From contig OZ316899.1 of the NCBI GenBank assembly GCA_973895155.1, positions 8,311,241 to 8,375,240 of the forward strand: a DNA stretch of 64,000 bases. Direction: 5' to 3'. The notes under the pieces were generated by a model that worked only from the letters and a program-made list of their open reading frames with translations, searched no databases and was not told the origin of the DNA. The DNA is from Marsupella aquatica. Taxonomy: Eukaryota; Plantae; Marchantiophyta. Numbering within the stretch: the first letter of the stretch is position 1; each line of letters begins with the position of its first letter. Shown here in pieces: positions 1-12,065 of this stretch. The position numbers and the translations under genes are program-made.

Positions 1-260
1 TACAGTATTATTGGCCAATAAGTGGTATTGGGTATTATAAAGTATTAATTGGTATTACATAATGACAGGTATTGAGAGCTATGGTATTAGTATTACCAAA
101 CACTTGGTATTATGGTACTTTAAGGTATATCATATTGGGATGTATTGAGTACTAAAAAAGTATTAGTAATACCGAATAGTATTGGAAGTTCTCCAAATGG
201 TATTGAGTATTATTGAGTGGTATTGGCTCATACTATGAAGTATTGAGTAGTATTATCAAG
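1..260. repeat. GGTATT/AGTATT-rich subterminal-type motif array downstream of the Sola2-like transposase
   Basis: Many imperfect copies of (g/a)gtatt in the first 260 nt. The complementary motif aatacc/aatact is enriched on the other side of the transposase (about 4645-5120). Confidence 0.5.
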
Positions 261-521
261 TAGGTAACAGTAAACATAGTGTCATGAACAAAGTAGCATT
301 GATGCAATATTAACAAAGCAAGTTAAAAGAGGAATAGGCTTAATTAAGGTTTAGGTAAACTTACTTATAGTAGAATGATGCAAACTAGCTATACGAATTC
401 ACAGTACTCACTTGAGGATTTGCCCTGCACCACACAAAACCACTTGCGATTAAATGCCCCATCATGCACCCGATCATGCAATCTATGATAGATCACTATA
501 CTTAGAAACCAGTCAATCACC

Positions 522-3500
522 TTACTGAAAACAATCTAACTGAATGTGGGAAACGGGGTCTGTGGAAAAATCCTTTAAACACCTTTGTGTTGAAGACAAA
601 ATTGCATCCAGGGTGGTAGATGATAGTTGGAATCCTGGTGACCCGCTCACAACCTTTGTTGGTACAAGTCCAAACTTGATGTGTACCACAGAGGACACAT
701 CCACATAACTCAGGCTAGACTTCTGAAATCTAACAAAGCTATAATTCCGTGAGGTGCCATACTGTTGATACCAAGTGCCAGCCAACACTCTATCACCCTT
801 CAAGAATTTTGCACCATACTCATCAGTGAAGTCTGCTTCAACAACGGCAGCCAAATTTGTGCACAACAAAATGTAAAATTCTGCATTCCAGACATTCCCT
901 TCCTCAGCTAAAACAACAAAGTAGTCACCAACTTCAACTAGATCTCCAAGGTTATTATCATAGTCAAAATTGTCTGCATCAAGGCCATCATGCATGTCTC
1001 GTATCACGGTAGCAATCTCTCCTGGCTGCAATGGAAATACATGGTCGACATCCCATGGTAGGACCCATGCTTGATTCTCACAAGTGCTATGATTCTCTGC
1101 ATCCACCACACATTCCTCACAAAAACATGCTAATTCATGGCATTTCAGCATCATTGGATTCTCTTTGTTGTATCCCAAGAAGCAATGCATTTGCCTAATA
1201 CCCTTGATAGGCAAGCATTCACTTGTCTGACTTCTCTGAACTTCCTGCACTCCTATCTCCCAAAAGAAACGTCTAACTCCTTGTTTCTTATCATACTCCC
1301 TTTCCCTCCCCAAGCAAAAGCATTCCTTCAAGAATGCCACAACATCCTTTGCACCCTCCATTGGATGCCCTCCTTTTGTTCATAATTGTTCCTTTCAAAG
1401 AGCACTCTTCACACCACCTCCAAGACCATCCTGTGCAATCAAACAGGGGCAGGACAGTACCAAAAAAATTATGGTAAGATCACCAAACTCGAGAAATTAA
1501 TGCAAAATGCATGGGCAAATGTAAAAACATCAAGCATAAATGAAGAGTGCACAAATAAAACAACTTAGGCTTGCCAATTAGTTAGAGTGAAAAAATACAC
1601 TTGTACACCTTTCCCATGCCCCGAGGCATGAAAACACCACATCATCCTTGCTCTATATTTGTGGTAATACTTGGCCACATACAAAAATGGCCGACAAGCC
1701 TTGAATTGAGCCGCACACCCATCAGACCACATGATGTGGTTGTTTACAAGGAAACCCTACTCTTGCATCCACTCCCAATGAAAGTCCAAGCAATGTTGGA
1801 CAAAGAAGGTGTCATGGCTATTGTTGTCAGAAATGAAAAAATGGTAATCAGCTTCAATGAACCTGGCAATTCTCTTACCATTTGTGTAAAAAACAATGGG
1901 GTCATCTTCCTCCTTATCGTGCTGATGCCGGTATGTGATTAGCACAAGAATTGTAATCTGTCGATTGTCCCAATGAAGACTCTGCACCTCATCCTGTACT
2001 GTAAAGGTGTAATTCTCGGAAAAATCTATGGAGGAAACGATTGTACCCTTCTGAAATGTCTTCAAGCAATTCTGGTATTGTTCTCCTTGCCATCTTGCAT
2101 AGAAATCATGTTTAATGAAAGCCCCTACAGTACTGTATACCTTCTCCAGGAAAACTTGCATTGATGTGGTTTTCTTCACCAGCCGGAGCCTCTTCTTAGG
2201 TTTTGCTGGCTGCCCATCATCAGTAACCTGTGCTTTCTTCTTCCTTCTATGTGGCTGAGGTAGAGTATCAAGCACCACGTACTCATATGTCTCCCAAATA
2301 ACACATGCCGCAGGATCAAACCTCTCTTCTCATGGACACAAATCCAACCTGCCAGGCCCACAATCTTCACAAAGGCCCACCAAGCACTTTCTTTGGTACC
2401 AACGAGCATCCATTTCTATTTTCATGCATAAAGTACCAGCACACCAGGCTCTCGTAGAAGGTAGTGAGCATTTGTGGGCTTTGCATGTTACAGGCTCTTC
2501 TATAGGTAAATCTATAACAGGAGGTGCTCCATCTCTTTCAACAGGGCCAAGCATCACAACTTGAGGGATACAAACACCACAACTACAACTACAGTCGGTA
2601 GGATGCAAAGTCTGCCTTTGCTTGAAAAAGGCTTTACAAATCAGTTGCATTTCTACAGGCTGCTTACAGCAACAAACGTTCATATCCTTCATAGTTTGAA
2701 TGAAATAAGGCTTCATTGCTTGAAAGGATCTCAAGCCAATTGTGTATCATTTCCCTTCACTCTCCAACCAATCTCGGAACTTGAAGAAGTATTCCACCTA
2801 TATGACAATGTGAAAATACATACCAGGGCAAAAACATCAATTCAACATCATGTGAATAAAGTTCTGTTACTACTAAAAGAGAAACAAAAGATCATACTCG
2901 TATCATAAACTTTCATAAGAAATTTGACCAAATTGAGCATAAAGTTAACAACATGAATCCCAATGACTAAATGAATGAGCAGTGGGATTGATTTACCTCA
3001 GTATCCTCAAGCCAATGAACTCTGTGGACGTCATATTCATTCTTGGCAATCCTTTTTCGAGTAGTGCCATCCTTGTTTGGAGAAGCTCTAGTAAACACCT
3101 CCCAAAACCAGGGTACTTCACCTCTAATCTCTTCAGAAAGACGATCAGACCTCTGTTTCCGCTGTCCCAAAGGAAACCTCAGGTTTTCATCACCATCCAA
3201 AAGGCTCCTAATCTTACTTGGAGCAAAGATTGGCCCTCTCTTCACACACAGTGCTCTCGCCAGAGCGCTTTGATATCTTTTGCCCACTACCTCTTTGCCA
3301 GTCAACGAACTCAAGATGACATCCTTAGCAACTTTGTGATCTTTTCGCCTAGCATATTTGACAGTGTTCAATACCTTCTTCATGTTGATGGCTGCTGTTC
3401 TCCATGACAAGTCTTATTTAGGGCAACCAAAAGATGTGGGATGAAATTGCTTCATAGCCTTGTGGAGCCAAAACCGCCTCATAATAGACATCTTTGAGGC

Positions 3501-4300
3501 AAAGTTATGGCGTGTTGTGAAATTACTGAAAGTGTGAACAATTTGTGAAACCACATATGTTTCACTTCTACGTCCTCTATTAGGAATCATTGAGTGTCAT
3601 CAAGATTTATAAGCGCAACAACAACACGTCCTCATTTTTCTCTACATCTTTGTTGAGAACTTATGTTTGATGCACGCCTAGCCTCAACATTCAATCAAGC
3701 TTGTAAATCAGTCAGACATGTTTTGAGCTCATGAATTTGACCTTGTGCAGCAGCAGTCTCGCCAACAATCTCAGCCTCGGGGGTTTCACTTCCACAAAAA
3801 TGGCATATCACGTGCGACGAAGGATAGGGTCATTTTATTGGTTGTAAGGGAAGACTTAAGAATTTTTGTAGAAGAACAATATGGTCTTTTAAATTCAATT
3901 TTGAGACTTATAAGAACATTAGGGTCTTTTTAATCCAATTTTTGGAATATTCCAAGAATATTCCAACTTTATAGGGGTTAAAAAATAATTTTTTTCTTAC
4001 ATTTTAGGGGGTCCAAGGCCTAAAAACGTCGCAGGTGATGGGGAGGTCCCCATGTAGTGAGACCCCCGAGATCTCAGCAAGTACCTGCTCCTTGAAGACT
4101 GTCGCTTCATCTCGTGCTTGATTCAGCAATTTCTCCGCCTCTGCCTTCACGACTTCTAGAACTTCGTTGGCATGAAATCTCAATTGGTTGATTGCTTGTC
4201 CTGCCCTTTGCTCCCTTCTTCTCAAATTTCGTTGCTGGTTCTTGGTTGCATATCCAATGTTTGCAAAGATTGAACTAAAGTAGACATACTTGACAAGCAC
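522..4300 (-). pseudogene. Sola2-like DDE transposase, intron-containing, disrupted
   Basis: Minus-strand pieces give DFSENYTFTVQDEVQSLHW (ORF 1757-2278), HIMWSDGCAAQFK (~1700-1740) and ASGHGKGVQ|DGLGGGVKS across a GT-AG intron at 1431-1600. These are the motifs I associate with Sola2 transposases. A Cys-rich segment is at 2330-2734 and a C-terminal ORF at 522-1361. In-frame TGA stops and frameshifts are present. The 5' limit is uncertain. Confidence 0.75.
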
Positions 4301-4644
4301 TATCCAGGAATTTTCACTCCTACATGATTGAGCTGACGACCTTGAGACACAATTCTGTCGATGCTCTATACAATTCTATTGACATTCTATTGCTGTTACT
4401 CGATCAAATCCCCATCCGACAGTGGTTCTTGAACTTGAACTTGAATCCTTTGTTGTTTCTTCAAAGCTGAGCTCAAAGGCCTCAACTAAAGACAAGTGGA
4501 TTGTGCACGATGACACCGTGCAAGACTGCAGAGCAAAGAATTGACCATAACTTGGACTGAGTTGACATGGTACTCCCCCACCCCTCGCCCCCCTGCCCCC
4601 CGCGGAGTAATTGGCCCACGCCCCTACCCCTCCCCCCCTCGTGC

Positions 4645-4725
4645 ATTTCAAATACCAAGAAGGCCCGAGTATTTCAAATACCAAGAAGGCCCAAGTATTT
4701 CAAGTACCAAGAAAGTACCAATAGA
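4645..4725 (+). repeat. ~26-bp tandem repeat (atttcaaataccaagaaggcccgagt), about 3 copies
   Basis: Direct reading. It follows a C-rich tract at 4575-4640. Confidence 0.75.
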
Positions 4726-6113
4726 CAACAATACCATGCTACGCTCCTCAGGCATTTGAAATGCGGCCAAGAAAGTACTGACCTTGCTACCAATACCATG
4801 ATAACTTAGAGGACAAGAATAAGACTTCCTTCAGTCAAAGGTGATCCACCCGTATTATTTCCCTCTCATCTTGGCCACACAATCTTAAATACATCTCCAC
4901 CATTCCATGGTCCTTTGTGGTCCTCCCTTTGTATTAGTACCTTTCAAAAAGTATTGATGGCATGACATAGTTGGGAGCAAATAATACCCAGTCTATCTTG
5001 CTTTGAGCCTGTTAGTGGATACAACATTATTGTATCGCTACCGTAGGGGCAGTATTGTGAACAACAACAACACTACTACTGTTGCAAGAAATTCCTTTTT
5101 GCAAACTCTCAAATACCAGGCCCATGACCGAAGGGGTCGGTCACAAAGGCTGAACCCTAAACACGGCTTCTACAGTAGTAGATGAAGTGTTTAAGTAAAC
5201 TGTTGAAATATTCTATGCTCGATTACGCGGATGAAAGTCATGTTCCAGATATGACTGATGACATTTTTCAAGTATTCATGAAAAACCAGGAGCTATCTTA
5301 AAGTGAGTGATACATCATGAAAAAGAATTCATCTATCTCTCTGCATCAAAAACATTTGCCAACTCTTCTTCTAACAACTTGTTTTGTGGTTCACTCAGCA
5401 TCGGGGCCAAATTGACTAATTAGAGAGTGACACCAAGTTTGGAACGCACATCTGGTACAACTTGAAGCTTTCACACAACTTTATTCTCCTCTTTGATCTT
5501 TCAATTTTATATCTGACACTCGACATTCAAACATGGTAATAATTAATTCACAACCATGTAAACAATTAGCAGATAATAGGATCTCATCATAGATTACATT
5601 CTTGAAGGTATCATGTACCCAAACTACCCTTGCCTATGCAAAAACTAAAACCTGGTTGGGGGGACAGAGTATTTTTTGTGAGGAAAGTATGCAAAGAAAA
5701 GAGCTTGGAATCATTTTCGGGCCCACACCACAAAGCTGAACTGAAAGGTCAGAGCCATGAATGACTAATGCAAAGAATGAAATTTCTCTAACAATTGAAG
5801 ACTCTTACCCTTAAGGTAACCTTAATGCTCCATCCCATCCCAAAGAATAAAAATGTCTCTATTTTTATTCCTCCTCTCCTTTAAGATACCCTAAATTAAT
5901 TCTCTATCCCTGCCCCAAAGCAAAGACTATAAAATAATCTAAAAGTGATCATATCTGTTTTCCATGCCCGTCCTTTCTCCTAAATAGAAAGGAAGAAAAA
6001 GAGGAATAGAAACACAAAAAGGTCCCTTAAAAGATGCTCTTACAAAAGAGTAGTCTCTCTTCCAGGTGAAGAATAAATTTGTTTAATTTATTAACAATTA
6101 TTCTTTGACTACT

Positions 6114-9100
6114 TGTGGTAGAGTGGTCAGACTGTTAAAGAACACTTCAACCTCTAAAGACCTGAATTCGTTCCCTGTAAGAGTGAATGAAAAGCAAATT
6201 GGTACTAAAAAGAGCAATTAAGATGTTGATTTGGCATAACCTCACCAAGGAGTTCTCTCTCCTGAGGATTGATAGTAATCAATGCACAAAAACTAATAAT
6301 TAAAGAAAGTCATGGAAAAGGACTAGTAAGAATGTCTTATCCATTGACTCATGAGAAGAGATGATGGAAAATGACGATCCCCACAAATCAACAGGATTCT
6401 GGATTTTTAAGATTCAGAAGGCAACAGAGCTCATAACATGGTCGAATTAGAATATACATCAAACATTAACTAGAAATTGACATGGAGATCTAGCTATCAA
6501 ACCAAGAATTCTTTCTGGTCAACAAATGTGACGGTACTAGAATGCTTGAATTGGTATCTTCTCACACAAAGATTTCTAGATTGTCAAATTGATATCTTTT
6601 CAATCAAATTTAGATAATTACTCATGGGAAAGGAAACATTCCATTTCGACTACTGAAACAGTAGAAGGTCAATGCTAACTAGAATCCATATGAGTAATTC
6701 AAATCAAAATCGAACTTCAAAGTATGATGGTAAAATTTCTAAGTATTAACTTCTCAACAGGAGAAGGAGTCTGCAGTTTTACTCACAACAGGTCAAGGCT
6801 CAACAGGAGCACCTGAGGAGGAGCTTCTATGCTTCCAACAGAAACTGAGAACTAAAGAAAAATGGATCTGTGTTCCTCCAAAGATACACAAGGGAAGGAT
6901 CCCAAAAGTCACAAAGTGTCATTTCCGGTTTTCGTGGAAGAAAAATTAACTGTCAATCAAAATCCAGAAATGAGAACAAGGGAAATCCAGAAATGGATGT
7001 AAGGCAAAATCCGGATTTTGATTTCTGGTTCTACTACTAAATCCGGATTTAGATCCTAGTCGGATCCGGAAATGCTAACTAACTAAAACAACTAATCTAC
7101 TGAGCATCATCAACTACATCTACTCTAACTGACTCATCTGTAAGATCAACTGGACTAGCAGGTTTCAGAGGAGGAGATGTAACTAAACTCGTAGTAGCCT
7201 CCAAGTCCTTCAGATCAAAAGGTGTTCCACGTGTCGGACTGATAGTCGGAGGTGATACTGACGGAAAACGAAACTCAACCTTCTCAAATCCGGGTGGAGT
7301 GCCTCCTGCTTCATTTTCATCTTGCAACACCGGAGACATTCCGGATTCTGGGAGGAGTCAACATGGACTTCGCATCCGAAATCACTTTCTCCATCTACTC
7401 AAACGTTCCGAAAATCTTCTTGGCAAAGCGGTTATTGCACTCAATAACCTTAACAAGGGTGCCTGGGTTGGCTGTCGCTAAATACTTATCTATTAGGTTA
7501 GCTTCCAACAAGCTCAGGACTGGTACATGAAGTGCTTCCTGAACACTGGTAACTGCAGCATTCAGTAGTTTCCGGATCTTCAGGTGTTCCTCCAACTTCT
7601 TCTGTGCAGCATCCAACTGGTCCACCAAAGAGTCAATCTTCTGTCTGTCCTTGAAGGCCTGATCCTCCAAGTCCCAGATCCGCTTCTTAGCCTGACTCTT
7701 GATCACCATGTCCAGAGTGGAAACGATGACAACCAGGCTGCAGTTGAGCATCTCAGCAACCGTCCCAACAAGGTCCTCAAGTTGTTTCGTCTTTCCGGCC
7801 GCACTCTCCAAGAAAATCCGGACATGCTCCAACTCTGCTGATGCCGTCCACTTTGAACTGGGGGTCACACTCGGAAGACTTCCTCTACTTTCCGATCTCC
7901 GGACAGGTTCCGGAACATCAACACGATCCGGTTCCGGACTCTGCACAAATTTCTTCTGCGTCCTGGGAGGTCGCACTTCCACAACCGGTTCTTCTTCAGA
8001 CTCAGTCCCTTCAGATGGCTGTCGATCCGGATCTCCGAGTTGGGCTAACATGGCTTGATTCTCATACTCCTCCGCTTCTTCATCTGTAAGAATCCGGTCC
8101 ATCGCGTAAAGATTAGCTAGATAGCAAGAAAGGGATGTGGGGGTCTTCAAATGAAGATTCCGGACCTGGTTGGCTATAACTTCCAAAACTTTGGGCCCAG
8201 GAAATATTCTTCTCTTCTATGTAAGAAGCAGCAATAGTATTTCCAATCCGGATTATAACTCGTCGAGGCTTGGCAGGGGAAAGAAGTGGAAGCAGAAAGG
8301 ACAGGACATCGTAGAACTCCTCATTACAGCACTGAGACACCTTCCAATCGTCCTTCGGATCCACTTCACCATCAAAATAGTTATCCGCAAAGGCATTCTT
8401 GGAGGTCAGGAAGCCCTCTCCCTTCAAAAGGCACATCCAAAAGAGAAGAGATAATTGTTGCGGTCCACTTTTCCGGTTTTTCTCAGATCAAATCCAGAAA
8501 TTCCGAAGCAAGGGTCGTACGATTCCGGACCTCCTTCACGAATATTGCACTCTGGTATCTCCATGGCAACTCCATCAACTTTGCAAAACCCATGGTCTCA
8601 AGGTTCCCTTGCAAGCGGTCCTTCCTTGCTGAATCCGTGGGAATTTCCTGTCGCAATGGCTTTTCGTTCACAACGACTGTCCGCTCCTTGGTCGTCCGCT
8701 TTGGTAGCGTTCGGATTCCGGATTTTTCCGGGGCAAAATCCGGGTCCTTTCTCTTCACCATAATGAGAAGATGGAGAGAAAGAATCCAAATTAAAATCCC
8801 TTCAAAATCCGGAATTCCCAAATCCGGAAATCTCGATCAAGTTGCAAACTTCCCCTCTCAATCAAACGATCACCCACTTCCCCCGTAACCAACTTCCTTT
8901 CAACTAATGCCTCGAAACGGCAGCCTCGTCCGGCTCTAAGCTCTCCTATGATTCCTCGCGAAAGATTTCCGCAGCAGTTCGGTGGTGTGAGGAATGCTCG
9001 ATCTGGCGTGGTCTTAAGAACTCGGTTGCCAACTTCCGGTCTCCGGTCGAACGTCAGACTTATGGTTTTAATATTCATTCTCCCACACCTACTCGCATGG

Positions 9101-9283
9101 CTCAACGGTGTCGTTACTTAAGAGTTCCAAAAAAGGTGCTATCCGGATATTTCTGGATTCGATACTGCAAAGTAGTTTGTTATGGTCTTTTCCGGTCTAA
9201 GTATACTCCCTTAACCACTAAAAGTTGATATTTTTTAAGTTTTTGCACTTTTTAATTTCCTTATTTATAACCATGGTATCACA
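6114..9283. mobile_element. 3.17-kb solo-LTR-like insertion (copy 1) with internal ORF
   Basis: Starts TGTGGTA (6114) and ends TATCACA (9283). Flanked by the 5-bp duplication CTACT (6109-6113, 9284-9288). Homologous along its length to 16298-19491. Confidence 0.85.
7097..8764 (-). pseudogene. Frameshifted ~550-aa ORF of unknown function inside the 3.2-kb unit (retrotransposon accessory-ORF-like, coiled-coil C-terminal half)
   Basis: ORF pieces 8483-8821, 8113-8436, 7395-8186 and 7097-7339 join into one protein starting MVKRKDPDF. The same protein is in copy 2, broken at different positions. Confidence 0.7.
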
Positions 9284-12065
9284 CTACTATTTTATTCCTC
9301 CCCTCTTATTTAGCCCCTTCAAAAGAGTTATCCCTCTTCCTAGGTGACCCATTTCACCCAAAGGAAAAAGAAATAAAAAAGAATTAAATTTGAAACAACG
9401 ATAAAACAAAGACATGCAACTCTCCCACACAAAAAGGTCCCTTCAAAAGAGTCACCCCTCTTATTAAGCACCTTGGAAAGAGTGTCACAGGTGCCCATCT
9501 CTCACCCATAGGAAAAGAGAAATTAAAAAAGAGAAAGAAAAAAGAAAAAGAAAAAGAAACACATTGAAAGTGAGTTGGAGAGAATAAAGATAAAGGGAGC
9601 CACTGATGATAGTATAATGTATACTTCTATACCTAACAAGAACTAACGAGTGTTTGTAGACGGTACCCAAATATTATGCGGAGAAACTTAAAGTTCTACA
9701 GTAGTACAATAGTTCAGCCAACAGTCAATAATAATTAGTCCTCCAGTTGCAAATGTTCTCCTCCGGCCCCAACTCTGGCCTCCTTCTGCACTTTACATAG
9801 TACATACTCCCCGTGGTTCAATGGGATTTTGTGCATCTCCAGAATACTATTCCGTGCATCATATACTGCCATTTCCCACCCTAAACCATAAATTCATGGG
9901 GTTCTATGCAATTCATACCCTAAACCCCGGGACAATAATTATCCGAGTTGGCGCACCAGTCCAAGTCCACTGGGGTTGTTTTAGTATTCAGGTTGAATTG
10001 AGGTTCCTGCCAGGGGGTTAAGGGCCAGCCAATCTGCCGTCCCATTCCAATATTAATAATGTTCACTTCCACCAGTTTGGAGCTTCCAGGCAGGGGCCAA
10101 AAGTTAGATCTTCTTGCCATAACGAGATTGTGGAAGGACTATCGCTGGACTTAGGTGTCATGGACGTCCGCTGGTGTCCCTTTTGCTAGCGTTTATTTAA
10201 CTGACCTGTCTGTTTTAACTATAGTACATTGCCACTAAACATGTTCAGTTTACAATGCTGCCACCATTTTTGTTGTATATACAAACATGCCATGGTTTTT
10301 GTATATTCCCACCCTGGGGTATAACAACCGTGATAGGAAAAAGTAAAAAGGAAACGGGAAAGAGCAAAAACTGAAAAGGGAAAATGTTTGAGAACAAGAC
10401 ACACAAAGATTGCCAAGATAACATGTAAAACAGAATATTCCTAAAATCAATGCTATCAATATGCACATACTGGACTTGCCCCTTATATTTCTGAGACAAA
10501 ATTTTTGTCCGGAGTTGATACTTTTGGTCAAGGTTAAAAACTCAACTACCTGAAATCCCATGAAAACATACAAAGCATCCCATCTTCTGTCTTCCGAAAA
10601 ACATATCCAAATTTGTGAGTCTGAAACAAATTCACAAAACCAATGAGGATGGCAACTCATACTCCCGATCTTGAACACAAATATTTAAGTGCGTTTAGTG
10701 TAAGAAAAACATGTACAACTGACTGTGCTTGCAAAACACCAAATTTATTCAGAAAACACATTCATTTACTGAAAAGCTTAACATATTGCCGACCAGATTT
10801 TCTGAGGGTAATACAATGGAAAATTCTGATCGTAATCCTAAGTCAAGAGCTAATCGATGAAAACAACCTTTGATGGCTAAAAACCCAAAACGAATTGAGA
10901 GTCTGAGGGATCATCCATGCTTCTACATTGTTGGGATGATATGATAGCCCACGCAAGCGCCGGGCGCTACTCAAAACCATGTCATTCCTATCTCAAGAAG
11001 AATCTTCCTATCTCAAGATCTAGGATCGCTAGAAGACTCACATTCATTGTCCACCACTGCATTCGCTCTATTTTGATGTTGTTGAAAACCGAATGTGTTG
11101 AACATATTGCCGACCGGCTTGTCCGAATGTAATACAATGGAAAATCCTCACGAACAAATCTGAACTCAATAACTAATCCATGAAAGAAACCCTCCAAGGC
11201 TAGAAACTCAATACAAACTTAGAGTCCGAGGGATCGTCTCTGCTACTACATTGTTGGGATGATATGACTGCCCATGCTAGCGCCAGGCGCTACTCAAAAC
11301 TATGGCGTCCTTCTCAAGATCCAGAATTGCACAAAGATCCACATTCATCGTCCACCCCTGCTTTTGCTCTAAACCGATCTTGCTAAAAACCAAATGTGCA
11401 AAATTGCGAATATCGTTGACTCGGAAGTCTTTGAGCTGGAACTGAGGAAGAAGGACCTGACAAAAATTCAGCAAAAATTGGCTAACGCCTGTCGCTATCC
11501 AAAATAGGTCCAAAGAATCCAAAATATTCCCACCCATACTAGGTCAAAATAATCCAATGACCTTTTGCTATAAGTCCCGAGACTTATAGAGATTCAAGAT
11601 TCACTAGAACTTCAACCTCACCAATGACACAAATAAACCGGGAAGAAAGTATTTATTTATATGTGGATTCTTGAAATTGGGTTATAATAGAATTGTGGAA
11701 CAAATGCGGATGCTAAAAACTATTCTAACTGGAGGACTCTGCCTCACTACTCTCGGACCTATCGGTAGATTCCACCTCATTGTCCACAAATTCACTTCTA
11801 CAAATGTCATCCACAAACTTCCTCACCACAAACTTCCTATCACAACCTCTCCTAAGACAAAGGCCTTTCATTTCCCAAGACAATGATGGAAGAATAAATG
11901 GTCACCTCTGGTGTCATCTCCATTGCTGCAGCAATTTTTTTTCGAAGGTCAAACCTTCTCCGCATATTCCACTCCGACCTGAAAGTTTTCATAGATATTA
12001 AAAATATATACATGTAAAAATATCTTATTGAAAATAGTCATGGATTTGGAGCGGGTTTACGAGCA

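Noticed and set aside
5125-5185. Helitron 3' end
   Set aside because: A hairpin is present but there is no CTRR terminus at the usual spacing and no Rep/helicase.
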